Shown here piece by piece: positions 23,618 through 33,430 of a DNA stretch of 64,000 nt. A program made the translations under genes and the position numbers. The notes beneath the pieces were generated by a model, which was not told the origin of the DNA, did not search any database, and saw nothing but the letters and a program-made list of their open reading frames with translations. The stretch is from Candidatus Omnitrophota bacterium (lineage in GTDB: Bacteria > Omnitrophota > Gorgyraeia > Zapsychrales > Fredricksoniimonadaceae), in the NCBI GenBank assembly GCA_013285735.1, contig JABDGZ010000004.1, positions 999 to 64,998 of the forward strand, written 5' to 3'. Every line of letters starts with the position of its first letter. Position 1 is the stretch's first letter.

Positions 23618-24895
23618 TTATCTTTCTAAAACCACTGCAGCACCCTGACCACCGCCGATACACAAAGACACGAGACCAGCATTGAGATTATTACGGTTTA
23701 AATGTTTGAGCATGGTTAAAATCAATCTGGCACCTGTCGTTCCCACCGGATGTCCTAAAGCAATAGCCCCGCCATGAACATTTAACTTGGCTGGATCAAT
23801 CTGGCCGGTATAACCTTCGTAGCCAAAATCTTTAGCGAATTTATCTGAGGCCAATGCACGCTCGCAGGCGATAATCTGAGCTGCAAAAGCTTCGTTGATT
23901 TCAATAGCTTGGCATTCAGAAAGCTTCATACCAGCCTTCTTCAAGGCTTTTGGTATGGCGTGTGCCGGTCCAATGCCCATGCGATTAGGCTCAACCCCGG
24001 CCATGGCAAAACTTCGGATATACCCTAATGGTTTCATACCAAGTTCTTTGGCGCGTGATTCGCTGACAACTAAAAGGGCACATGCACCGTCGGTAATCTG
24101 AGAAGAATTACCAGCCGTCACTGTTCCTGTACCCCGTTCGAAAAATGGTTTTAATTTGGCCAGCGCTTCTATGGTCTGTCCCTCACGTGGGCCGTTATCA
24201 TCGACTACTGCTTCTTTATATTTAGGTCCTGGAATTACAGGTACAATTTCTTCCCGTAAAATCGCCCGTGCGGCTATCGCTTTTTGATGAGAGGCCAAAG
24301 CAAATTCATCCTGTTCCCGGCGGGTAATACCAAACTCTTTGACTAATACCTCAGCTGTCTGCCCCATGTTCAGGCCGCATACCGGATCAGTCAGCCCTAA
24401 CTGCAGCCCTATTTTGGGTACTAAAAAATGATGCGGCCGTATTTTGGCAAAACCCTGCAATTTTTCCGGCAGGGTCTTGGCCCGTGAAATTCCGGTTAAA
24501 ATTTCCTGATACTCTTTAGATAAAAAAAATGGGATATTGCTCATGGACTCGGTGCCGCCGGTCATATAGCAAGAACCTTCCCCTGCCCTGATTTTAATGG
24601 CTGCATTAACAACCGCTTCAATACCAGAGGCACAATTGCGATGCACGGTAACCGCAGGTACGGTTTTTGGGATTCCGGCCAGCAAAGCAACCACACGGGC
24701 GATATTAGCTGCATCCGCAGGCTGCCCCACACATCCGATGATCACCTCATCAATCAAGTTAACATCCAAACCCATACGCTCAATCAATTCACGCACGGCA
24801 ATACGCCCTAATTCCTGGGCGCTCAGATAATTAAAATTCGCCCCCATTTTGGAAAACGGGGTACGTATACCATCGACGATCGCTATTCTTTCCAT
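23618..24895 (-). CDS. fadA: acetyl-CoA C-acyltransferase (thiolase)
   Basis: 425 aa with the active-site Cys region VHRNCASG and C-terminal GHPVGTTGARL / CIGGGQG motifs. Confidence 0.85.
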   Translation of the reverse strand: MERIAIVDGIRTPFSKMGANFNYLSAQELGRIAVRELIERMGLDVNLIDEVIIGCVGQPADAANIARVVALLAGIPKTVPAVTVHRNCASGIEAVVNAAIKIRAGEGSCYMTGGTESMSNIPFFLSKEYQEILTGISRAKTLPEKLQGFAKIRPHHFLVPKIGLQLGLTDPVCGLNMGQTAEVLVKEFGITRREQDEFALASHQKAIAARAILREEIVPVIPGPKYKEAVVDDNGPREGQTIEALAKLKPFFERGTGTVTAGNSSQITDGACALLVVSESRAKELGMKPLGYIRSFAMAGVEPNRMGIGPAHAIPKALKKAGMKLSECQAIEINEAFAAQIIACERALASDKFAKDFGYEGYTGQIDPAKLNVHGGAIALGHPVGTTGARLILTMLKHLNRNNLNAGLVSLCIGGGQGAAVVLER

Positions 24896-24907
24896 AATTT
24901 CCCCTCT

Positions 24908-26386
24908 CTATACCTTCGGTCTTATGTCTATTATACGCTTCTCTTTATTAGCCGTCTCCAATTCCAGACGCTTGACCATCTCATCCAAGGTAATAAACTT
25001 GATCTCATTGGGTGCAACTTCAGTCGCTCCGGTTAATTTGTCTTTGATTACTTGGCCAAGGGTGCTTTGATTGGCAGCTGCTTGGGCCGTCACATACACC
25101 ACCATCTCATCAACTTCATACGGATCGTTTTTGTGTTTACGTATCTCCAACTGCCATTCATCGACCTGCTGTATCTCATTGAGCACTTCGGCAAAATGAC
25201 TTAAATTAACCAAGGTCCCTTTGACCTTGGAAAGCTGAATATCCTTATTATCAGACAAACGCGTGATGTCCGAAGATAAACGCAGGGTATGGCGCCCGCA
25301 ATAAGGACAAGGCTCATGGGTAATGCCGCCTTTAACAAAATCCCCGGTACGATAACGCAAGACCACACTGGCACGTGAATCCAGACTCGTATAAACTAAT
25401 TCGCCGTCTTCACCCTCATTCTTGACCTCACCGGTCGCAGGATCAATGATTTCAAGAATTTCTTTGTCCGGATAAAGATGATAGCCGCTGGATAAATGAT
25501 TTTCCGCGGGACATTCAGCCCAAGCAGTCCGCGCCTCAGTAAAACCATAGGTACCAAAAATAGATACATTTTGAGCACCCTGAGCACTTAGCATATCTGA
25601 TAATTTTTGCTTATAAGCTGGTGTAACCTTGGCTGCACCCAGCACAATTTTCTTTATAAAAGACAAGTCATGCCCTTTTTCCTGGGCGAAACGTATCAAA
25701 TGATAAATGTAGCTTGGCACACCCAGAATGGCCGAAGGCTTGATCCTCATTAAAGCTGTTAAATTGCCCTCAGTACCCATGACTTTTCCACCACCGGTAG
25801 AAAGCGCAAAAACACCTGCCTCAATAGCACCAAAAAAAGTCTGCCAAAAAGCCAAATGCGGAGCAAAGGGAAAAAGATTCATGATCCGCTCATCCCCTTT
25901 GATGTCAAAAAGCTCAACCATGCGAGCACCGGATACATACAGATTATCCAGGTCATAGCGGCTGTACATAAAGGCAACCGGAGCATTGGTGGTGCCAGTG
26001 GTAAAGGTCATAAATATCGGACGGTATTCTTTAGCCAAGTCATCTTCCAGACGCTGACCCTGTAACATGGACTGGGCCGCACGTATCAACAGCTGTGATT
26101 TAGGCCAATGCCGGCCAATCTTTTCACGATCGGGCTGCAAGATAAAATCTTTAAATTTTTGCGGATTGTCTTTAGAAATTAAATCGGATTTACTAATAAA
26201 AGGGATGTGTTTTAAATCTTCCCTGGTACGGATTTTCCTGGGGTCAATTTTATTGTCATCAAAAAGCTTTTGGTAATAGGGGCTAAAAGGATAAACGTGG
26301 GTGTTAATAAAAGAATGCAGGTGCTGGTTCTGTAACTCCTTGATCTGACTATATGTTAACGATGTTATCTTCTCCCAAGAATCCAT
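24908..26386 (-). CDS. phenylacetate-CoA ligase family adenylate-forming enzyme (PaaK / F390 synthetase-like)
   Basis: 492 aa with an N-terminal PaaK-like region (SKSDL, YR..DL) and an adenylation core. Confidence 0.65.
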   Translation of the reverse strand: MDSWEKITSLTYSQIKELQNQHLHSFINTHVYPFSPYYQKLFDDNKIDPRKIRTREDLKHIPFISKSDLISKDNPQKFKDFILQPDREKIGRHWPKSQLLIRAAQSMLQGQRLEDDLAKEYRPIFMTFTTGTTNAPVAFMYSRYDLDNLYVSGARMVELFDIKGDERIMNLFPFAPHLAFWQTFFGAIEAGVFALSTGGGKVMGTEGNLTALMRIKPSAILGVPSYIYHLIRFAQEKGHDLSFIKKIVLGAAKVTPAYKQKLSDMLSAQGAQNVSIFGTYGFTEARTAWAECPAENHLSSGYHLYPDKEILEIIDPATGEVKNEGEDGELVYTSLDSRASVVLRYRTGDFVKGGITHEPCPYCGRHTLRLSSDITRLSDNKDIQLSKVKGTLVNLSHFAEVLNEIQQVDEWQLEIRKHKNDPYEVDEMVVYVTAQAAANQSTLGQVIKDKLTGATEVAPNEIKFITLDEMVKRLELETANKEKRIIDIRPKV

Positions 26387-26443
26387 TACTTAATAGTGTA
26401 ATATATCAGCTGACAGCTTGCCAGTGAAATCGATTAAAAAAAA

Positions 26444-26471
26444 GGGGACACTTTAAAGTGTCCCCTTTTTT
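26444..26471 (-). terminator. intrinsic terminator, copy A of a duplicated hairpin: GGGGACACTTTAAAGTGTCCCC plus a T-tract
   Basis: Perfect 9-bp stem with an A-tract 5' and a T-tract 3', so it is bidirectional. It lies directly downstream of the small peptide gene. An identical hairpin is at 40181. Confidence 0.75.
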
Positions 26472-26498
26472 AGATAATCAACACTCTCTCAAAGAGAA

Positions 26499-26666
26499 TT
26501 ATTGAGCTGCTGGAGCTGCTGAGTTATCGGCATTCATCGCTGAATTATCAGCGTTCATCGTGCTGTTGTCTGTAGCTGCATCTTGTGCTTTCACGGTTCC
26601 TTGGGCTAACATTAAACCTGCAGCACCAAAAACTAACGCAGCCGCTACTAATAATTTCTTGTTCAT
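26499..26666 (-). CDS. small secreted peptide (55 aa), unannotated in the ORF track
   Basis: MNKKLLVAAALVFGAAGLMLAQGTVKAQDAATDNSTMNADNSAMNADNSAAPAAQ. Strong AAGGAGGAG RBS 5 nt upstream, signal peptide, tandem MNADNSA repeat, and the terminator hairpin right after the stop. Confidence 0.7.
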   Translation of the reverse strand: MNKKLLVAAALVFGAAGLMLAQGTVKAQDAATDNSTMNADNSAMNADNSAAPAAQ

Positions 26667-26844
26667 GACTTCTCCTCCTTGATTGTGATAAGAATTAATT
26701 TCTTACCGTTGTTGAGAGTGTGTAAATCTTTTTACACATCTTGCTTAAAATTGATACCTTACATCAAAAAGCCAATAATCTTTTGTAGACCTTCATATAA
26801 TGTAGCAAATTATTAGAAAATTACCATTAAAATTTTCTAATTTT

Positions 26845-27939
26845 TCATTTTACCGATAAACGCGCCTGTTTCTCTTCAATGCTCGTCGTCAATTCTTCAA
26901 ATGATTTTTCAAATGCCGCTAATCCATCGCCGAGCAATTGATTACATACCATGCCAACATCAATATCCAAAAGACGTAATTGCTCAATTATTTTTTGAGC
27001 ATCTGCAACATCACCAGGTAGCGCTACCTTGACAATGCCATGATCTAGAACAGCTTCCAACGTTTTATCCGGCACCGTATTAACCGTGTTAGCCGCTATT
27101 AATTCAGCGATATATTTGATGTCGCTATATTGAGGATCCTTGGTGCCTGTCGAAGCCCATAGGACACGCTGCATATTGGCACCCTGTTTTTCCAAAGCTT
27201 TAAATTCACTGCCGCCAAAATTCTGCTGGAATTTATGATAAATGATCTCGCAGTTAGACACCGCAGCCCTGCCCTTTAAATCCACCCTTGCCTCTAATTT
27301 CTTGTCGATGCTGCTATCAAGGCGGCTGACAAAAACGGAAGCCACTGAATGCACCTTCTTAAGATCTCCACCACTTTGAGCTAAATGCTTCAAACCTTTA
27401 AGATAAGCCCAAACAACCTCGGAATACTGCTCTGCGGAAAAAATCAACGTGACATTAACATTAATACCCTGAGCGATCAAACCTTCGACCACGCCCAAAC
27501 CATTCTTGGTGGCAGGCACCTTGATCATCACATTAGGGCGATTAAGTTTTTGCCATAAACGCATGCCTTCTTTTAACTGGGACTCAAGTTCATTACCTAA
27601 TTTAGGATTGATTTCCAGACTGACATAACCATCCAGCCCTTTTGTACTCTCATAAACACCGCGGAATAAATCTGCCGCGTCCTGCACATCCTTGATGGTT
27701 AACTCATCATAAATTTCAAAAGTAGATCGACCTGCTTCTGCCAACTGCTGAATTTTAGCATCGTAATCACTGCTTTGAGATATGGCTTGTTTAAAAATAG
27801 TAGGATTGGATGTTTGCCCGCGTAAACCTCGATCAATCAGCGATTTAAGCTGGCCGCCAGCAATCATGGAACGACTGATATTGTCGATCCATAAACTCTG
27901 GCCAAGCTCTGCTATTTCATGCAATTTTGTTTTGGACAT
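26845..27939 (-). CDS. tal: transaldolase
   Basis: 364 aa. The N-terminus LWIDNISR...GQTSNPTIF is characteristic of transaldolase. Confidence 0.85.
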   Translation of the reverse strand: MSKTKLHEIAELGQSLWIDNISRSMIAGGQLKSLIDRGLRGQTSNPTIFKQAISQSSDYDAKIQQLAEAGRSTFEIYDELTIKDVQDAADLFRGVYESTKGLDGYVSLEINPKLGNELESQLKEGMRLWQKLNRPNVMIKVPATKNGLGVVEGLIAQGINVNVTLIFSAEQYSEVVWAYLKGLKHLAQSGGDLKKVHSVASVFVSRLDSSIDKKLEARVDLKGRAAVSNCEIIYHKFQQNFGGSEFKALEKQGANMQRVLWASTGTKDPQYSDIKYIAELIAANTVNTVPDKTLEAVLDHGIVKVALPGDVADAQKIIEQLRLLDIDVGMVCNQLLGDGLAAFEKSFEELTTSIEEKQARLSVK

Positions 27940-27963
27940 AGATGAAATCTCCCTGCGGATGAA

Positions 27964-28908
27964 TCATTTTTTACGTTGGATAACTTTCTTTACAGCGACC
28001 ACTATATCGACATCTTTCAATCCATAATGCGCTAAAAGCTGGGCTGGGGTGCCGCTTTCTCCGAAAGAATCTTTGACCCCAACCATTTCCACAGGACATG
28101 GATAATACTGTGCCAAAACCTCAGCCACTGCAGAACCCAAACCACCAATAATCTGATGCTCCTCAGCAGTCACGATGGCACCGGTTTCCTTGGCAGATTT
28201 TACGATCATATCAACATCAATAGGTTTGATGGTGTGCATATTCACCACTTTTAAATTAATGCCTTCGGCTTTTAACTTGTCAGCAGCTGATAAAGCTTCA
28301 GCAACCATGACCCCGCAGGCGATAACAGTGGCATCATGCCCGTCTCTCAAGACATTGGCACGGCCAATCACAAAAGCATCTTCTTCCTGAGTCAAGATAG
28401 GAAGCGGGGCCCTTGATGTACGCATATAAAATGGACCAAAGGTATTAGCGATGACACGAGTGGCTTTTTTAGCTTCTATATAATCAGCAGGACAAATAAC
28501 CTTCATATTAGGCAGGACACGCATAATGGCAAAATCTTCCAGACATTGGGCGCTGGCGCCATCTTCACCGACGGTCACACCACCATGAGAACAGACAACC
28601 TTCACATTGCAATTATTATAACAGACATCCAAACGGATCATGTCATAGGCGCGATTGGTTAGAAAAACTGCGAATGAAGTGGCAAAAGCCACATAGCCCT
28701 GGGTACTTAAGCCTGCAGCCGTACCAACCACATCCTGCTCCGTGATACCCAAATTAAAAAACCGGTCAGGAAATTCTTTTTTAAAATATTCAGCACGGGT
28801 AGCATCTTCTAGATCACCGGAAGTCACAACAATATTAGGGTTGATTTTGCCCAAAGCGACTAATTCTTCGCCGAAACCATCTCTGGTGGGGGTGGGTTTA
28901 AGTTCCAT
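27964..28908 (-). CDS. transketolase, C-terminal (pyrimidine-binding) subunit of a split transketolase
   Basis: 314 aa, directly downstream of the N-terminal subunit gene and adjacent to it (stop of one at 28909, start of the other at 28908). Confidence 0.85.
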   Translation of the reverse strand: MELKPTPTRDGFGEELVALGKINPNIVVTSGDLEDATRAEYFKKEFPDRFFNLGITEQDVVGTAAGLSTQGYVAFATSFAVFLTNRAYDMIRLDVCYNNCNVKVVCSHGGVTVGEDGASAQCLEDFAIMRVLPNMKVICPADYIEAKKATRVIANTFGPFYMRTSRAPLPILTQEEDAFVIGRANVLRDGHDATVIACGVMVAEALSAADKLKAEGINLKVVNMHTIKPIDVDMIVKSAKETGAIVTAEEHQIIGGLGSAVAEVLAQYYPCPVEMVGVKDSFGESGTPAQLLAHYGLKDVDIVVAVKKVIQRKK

Positions 28909-29730
28909 TTATTTTAACTCCGCCAACGCTTGGGCTAATTGTTCTTTGTTCGGTGCCTTACCGTGCCAGGCACTTTTGCCTTCCATAAAAGAAACACCTT
29001 TACCTTTAACAGTATTGGCAATAATTACCGTGGGCTTTCCCTTAGTGTTGTTAAATTCATCAAAGGCGAGTTTAAGGGCTTCGATATTATGCCCATCGAT
29101 ATCAAGAACTTGCCAACCAAAAGCAGCCCACTTCTGGGTTAATGGTTCTAAATTCTTAATTTCATTGGTGGGTCCGTTTTCCTGTACCTTATTATAATCC
29201 ACGATAGCACAAACATGATCTAATTTAAAATGAGCTGCGGTCATGGCTGCTTCCCACACGGAACCTTCCTGAAGTTCTCCATCACCCATAATACAGTAAA
29301 CTCTAAAATCTTTCCCGCGCATGCGAGCACCCAAGGCAATGCCATTCGCAAAAGACAAACCGTGTCCAAGAGAACCTGTATTAAGTTCTACACCAGGAAC
29401 CTTGGTATGCACATGCCCCTGCAACCGGCTCCCAAATTTTCTAAACGTTTTTAATTCTTCTTTGGGGAAATATCCAAAATTCGCCAGCGTCGTATAAACC
29501 ACCGGTGAAACATGGCCTTTGGAAACAATCACGCGATCGCGGTCTTCCCAGCGAGGATCATTGGGTTTAAGTTTAAGCTGATAACCGTAGAGGGTCAAGA
29601 AAATCTCAACAGCAGATAAGGAACCACCCGGATGACCGGAACCTGCAGCTTCTAAAGTCTCTAAAATATCACGACGAAAAACCACCGCTTGTTTTTTAAG
29701 AGATTCGATATCTATGGTTTTAGAAGACAT
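28909..29730 (-). CDS. transketolase, N-terminal (TPP-binding) subunit
   Basis: 273 aa with GHPGGSLS and GDGELQEG TPP-binding motifs. Confidence 0.85.
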   Translation of the reverse strand: MSSKTIDIESLKKQAVVFRRDILETLEAAGSGHPGGSLSAVEIFLTLYGYQLKLKPNDPRWEDRDRVIVSKGHVSPVVYTTLANFGYFPKEELKTFRKFGSRLQGHVHTKVPGVELNTGSLGHGLSFANGIALGARMRGKDFRVYCIMGDGELQEGSVWEAAMTAAHFKLDHVCAIVDYNKVQENGPTNEIKNLEPLTQKWAAFGWQVLDIDGHNIEALKLAFDEFNNTKGKPTVIIANTVKGKGVSFMEGKSAWHGKAPNKEQLAQALAELK

Positions 29731-29747
29731 ATCCTAATTCAATAATA

Positions 29748-29820
29748 TGGGCCTTGCTGGACTCGAACCAGCCACCCTCTGATTAAGAGTCAGATGCTCT
29801 ACCGGATGAGCTAAAGGCCC
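29748..29820 (-). tRNA. tRNA-Lys (anticodon CTT)
   Basis: The reverse complement GGGCCTTTAGCTCATCCGGTAGAGCATCTGACTCTTAATCAGAGGGTGGCTGGTTCGAGTCCAGCAAGGCCCA has the full cloverleaf: acceptor GGGCCTT/AAGGCCC, anticodon stem TCTGA/TCAGA, loop CTCTTAA, T-loop TTCGAGT. No CCA is encoded. Confidence 0.9.
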
Positions 29821-29968
29821 TGATAAATCACAAAAGCGAAAATCTTTTATACCAGATTTATCAGGGACTGTAAAGAAACTCTTTTTTGATTTCACCAACT
29901 AGAAACTTTAACAAGAACTTTATAGTTAATCTACAATTCCTTCATATTTATTAGGCATACTTAACAAC

Positions 29969-31081
29969 ATGAATACAACAAATTTTGACATGCCGCAGAT
30001 GGAACAAATGACAGAAATTCCCCCATTGACGAAACCTCTAGGGGTCCAGTATTATTTGGATTTGGCCATTAAGTTTCACTCCTCTGATATGCATCTGGTC
30101 GCCTGGCATGCGCCTGTTTACCGCATTAATGGGCAGCTGGTGACCCAGCCAATGCCAGCCCTTGGACCCGAGCAAATAGAAGAAATCGTTTTACCCCTCT
30201 TGTCTCCCAAGCAAGCAAAACAATTTGAGACTTCTTCAGAAATTGATCTGGCTTTTCAATTCGATGAAAATCATTCTTTCAGGGCTAATCTTTACCGGCA
30301 GAGAGGACATCTCTCAGCTTCCATCCGTATTATTCCCTGCGTTATCCGTTCTCTTTCAGAATTAGGAATCCCTCCCATCGCAGCTAAATTAACACGGCGA
30401 CATTCCGGTCTTATTCTGGTCGCCGGACGGGCAGGACACGGAAAAACAACGACCATGACTCACATGGTTGACCAGATCAACAGGGAAAGAGCAGCAAGGA
30501 TCATCACCATCGAAGACCCCATCGAATTCATCTATAAATCAAAATTAAGCCTCATTGTTCAACGGGAAGTAGGAAACGATACCTCTTCATTCGCTTCGGG
30601 ACTCAAACATGCCCTCCGGCAAGACCCGGATATTGTCGTCATCGGTGAAATGCGGGATTTGGATTCAATTTCCATGGCACTTACTACCGCTGATACCGGA
30701 CATCTGGTCATGGCAACCCTTCACGCTCCTGATGCAATCGAAGCCATTAACCGCATCATCGATGTTTTCCCAGGAGACAGGCAAAACCAAATCCGCGTTC
30801 AACTAGCAGAGCACCTGACAGCCATTATCAGCCAACAACTTTTACCCCGTAAGGATGGGGCTGGACGGGTTTTGGCCACTGAAATGTGCATTCCCAACAT
30901 GGCCATCCGTAATTTAATCCGCCGCAATTCCTTATCAGAAATCCGGGGCCAAATGGAAACCGGCCGCGACGACATGTACACCCTCGAACAAAACCTCAGC
31001 AGTCTTTTTCTCCAGGGGATCATCTCCAAAGAAACCGCCCAAAGCCACGCCAAATATCCCAATCTTCTAAAGCTGACCTGA
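29969..31081 (+). CDS. pilT: PilT-like type IV pilus retraction ATPase
   Basis: Walker A GRAGHGKTT, AIRNLIR and GHLVMATLH motifs, colinear with PilT. 370 aa. Confidence 0.75.
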   Translation: MNTTNFDMPQMEQMTEIPPLTKPLGVQYYLDLAIKFHSSDMHLVAWHAPVYRINGQLVTQPMPALGPEQIEEIVLPLLSPKQAKQFETSSEIDLAFQFDENHSFRANLYRQRGHLSASIRIIPCVIRSLSELGIPPIAAKLTRRHSGLILVAGRAGHGKTTTMTHMVDQINRERAARIITIEDPIEFIYKSKLSLIVQREVGNDTSSFASGLKHALRQDPDIVVIGEMRDLDSISMALTTADTGHLVMATLHAPDAIEAINRIIDVFPGDRQNQIRVQLAEHLTAIISQQLLPRKDGAGRVLATEMCIPNMAIRNLIRRNSLSEIRGQMETGRDDMYTLEQNLSSLFLQGIISKETAQSHAKYPNLLKLT

Positions 31082-31603
31082 CGCCTTCTTTAATACTTCA
31101 ATAAAATGAGGATCAACAAAACCTCCTATGGCCTCTACTGTACGCACATCAGCCCAGGCTTTAGCATATTCTTTCAACTGATAATAAACCACTTCCCGAT
31201 TATTATAAGCCTTTACGTAGAACGCATTATTTCTGATGGCCTGGGTATAGTCAGCAAGGGCTTGAGTAAAATTACCTGTGCTCGCATAAGCCTGCCCGCG
31301 GTTATTGAAAGCTTCTGCATCCTTAAAATTATTGGCAAGGGCCATGGTAAAATCAGCGATCGCTCGAGATAAACTGCCTTCATGGGCATAGGCAACCCCG
31401 CGATTGTTATAGGCTTTGGCAAGGTTAGGATTAATATCAAGCGCCCTGGTATATTGAATAATAGCCTCATCAAAATAACCCTCTCTTAAAAAGTCATTGC
31501 CATCTTGTAAACACTCCCCAGCTGTTTTTGCAAAAACAGAAGGAATATTGAAGAACAATATGCCTATAAAAACTAATGCCACTTTAAAGGTGTGCCACTT
31601 CAA
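31067..31603 (-). CDS. TPR-repeat protein with signal peptide
   Basis: MKWHTFKVALVFIGILFFNIPSVFA followed by repeated AYNNRGxAY TPR units. Confidence 0.7.
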   Translation of the reverse strand: MKWHTFKVALVFIGILFFNIPSVFAKTAGECLQDGNDFLREGYFDEAIIQYTRALDINPNLAKAYNNRGVAYAHEGSLSRAIADFTMALANNFKDAEAFNNRGQAYASTGNFTQALADYTQAIRNNAFYVKAYNNREVVYYQLKEYAKAWADVRTVEAIGGFVDPHFIEVLKKASGQL

Positions 31604-31621
31604 CTCTTATCTCCTAAATAA

Positions 31622-33430
31622 TTATTTATCAAAAACCCGATCGATGATGGCGGCATCCCAACCATGACGCTGGAGCTCTTTTTTTAAAACCATCAATTCT
31701 TCGGGAGTTTTAGAGGCACATAATTCCTGCAGTAAATTATAATTGAATTGCTGTTGGGTATTAAAACGTATGCTTAAGGGCTTCTCTGGAGTGCCTCTAT
31801 TAAAAATCAAAGCGATCAGCGCCAATATTAATGGTAACGCAACGACTGTTAAAGAAGAATAAAAATCAAAAGACGCGCGTGGATTTAATAAATAAGGCAT
31901 GCTGGACAAGAATGAATCAATCAAAAAGTGCGCGGCAATCACACATACAATGCCAAAACGCAAATAAAAGGTCCCCATGATAATCCCGATACAGGTAACT
32001 TCGATCCCCCTAAACCACATAGGATAAATTTCATATCCCGTATGGCCAAACCCCCACATTGCAGCACTTAAAAATACGGCGAAGATCGTCGGGAAACCAT
32101 ATTTCTTGAACAAATTAATGGCAAATAAACGAAACATGGATTCTTCTGAAAAAGAAGCCTGAAAACCGATCACCAACGCTGAAAGCGCCGGCACCAGGGT
32201 TGTTGAAGCCTGGGTCAACCACGATAGTTCATCCCAAACTCCGCAATACTTAAAGCCTAAATTAAAAATAAAGGCCTGTACTCCTAAAATCACGGCTGCC
32301 GCGATATAGCCAATAAAAATTTGACGCGCAATATTGACTGAACAAAAAGAAGATAAAAGCGCACTTAAAAAACCCCTGTTTTTCTTATCCGGAGAAACTT
32401 CGTAACGTAAGGACTCACCCGCCAACGCCGGTAAAACAAAACCAACAGCTATAAAAAACGGCCCAATGACGCCCTCAATAAATTGCCTGAGAATATAATC
32501 CCCTAATGACTGAGTGGTCGGATAACCAAACAGAACATCCTGATAACTGTTTAAAAGATCCAGCCCCATCAAAACAAACATCACGACCCCAACCCCGATA
32601 TAAAATCGCTTTACACTACGGGCAACCACCTGATGTTTACGGTTGACAACAACCACGATAGCAAAGGTCATCAGTGCCAGATAAAATATACGGAACACCA
32701 GGGTCAAATTTTGCCCGGTTTGCTTTAAATTATCCACATAGCGGTTAAATCCGTCGGGAATTTCAAAATACTGTTTATTAAAACTAAGAATTTCTTGACC
32801 GGACATGGTCACACTCGTCAAAAGCTTGGCATATCCCTTCTCACTGCTTTTATCCCAGGGGATATTCACATCCTTGTCTTGCCAGCTAAAAGCGTATTCC
32901 TGTCGATTATCATATTTATGGACATCCTCACCATGAGTAATGTATTGGGAAGAACTAAAACCATAAGTTGTCTTCAAGAAATTAAAAGCTGATAAACGGG
33001 ATTTTTCCTTATCCACTAAGGGTCTAAACGCGGTGTCTTCGATATAATGATTAAAACCGATGATCTCGCCAGTTGCAGAACTGATAATGACCTTGTATTC
33101 TTCCTTTTGTTTTTCTTTAAAGAAACGGACTACCCAGCAAAATAAATCATAATGCAAGCGATGGATAAAATGCTGGGAGCCGACAATTCCTAAAGTTTTT
33201 TGCAAATACCGGTCAGCCCCGTCATCCGCATTAAACAACACGGCTATTTTATACCCCTTAATATCAATCCCACGCTGAACCTGCAGAAATGTTTTGGAAA
33301 TTTCAACAGCTTTTGCCTGGCTGATGGATAGGTCAATGGATTGATAGCGTGGAAGTGCTAACCGGCACCATAAAAAAACACCGCCCGCTGCCAAAATAAT
33401 CAGGATGAGCCACTCTAAACGTTTATTCAT
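31622..33430 (-). CDS. CPBP-family (CAAX-protease-like) intramembrane metalloprotease with a large N-terminal extracytoplasmic domain
   Basis: The C-terminal part has EESMFRLF (motif 1, EExxxR), FGHTGYE (motif 2) and HFLID (motif 3, HxxxD), plus multiple TM helices. 602 aa. Confidence 0.65.
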   Translation of the reverse strand: MNKRLEWLILIILAAGGVFLWCRLALPRYQSIDLSISQAKAVEISKTFLQVQRGIDIKGYKIAVLFNADDGADRYLQKTLGIVGSQHFIHRLHYDLFCWVVRFFKEKQKEEYKVIISSATGEIIGFNHYIEDTAFRPLVDKEKSRLSAFNFLKTTYGFSSSQYITHGEDVHKYDNRQEYAFSWQDKDVNIPWDKSSEKGYAKLLTSVTMSGQEILSFNKQYFEIPDGFNRYVDNLKQTGQNLTLVFRIFYLALMTFAIVVVVNRKHQVVARSVKRFYIGVGVVMFVLMGLDLLNSYQDVLFGYPTTQSLGDYILRQFIEGVIGPFFIAVGFVLPALAGESLRYEVSPDKKNRGFLSALLSSFCSVNIARQIFIGYIAAAVILGVQAFIFNLGFKYCGVWDELSWLTQASTTLVPALSALVIGFQASFSEESMFRLFAINLFKKYGFPTIFAVFLSAAMWGFGHTGYEIYPMWFRGIEVTCIGIIMGTFYLRFGIVCVIAAHFLIDSFLSSMPYLLNPRASFDFYSSLTVVALPLILALIALIFNRGTPEKPLSIRFNTQQQFNYNLLQELCASKTPEELMVLKKELQRHGWDAAIIDRVFDK

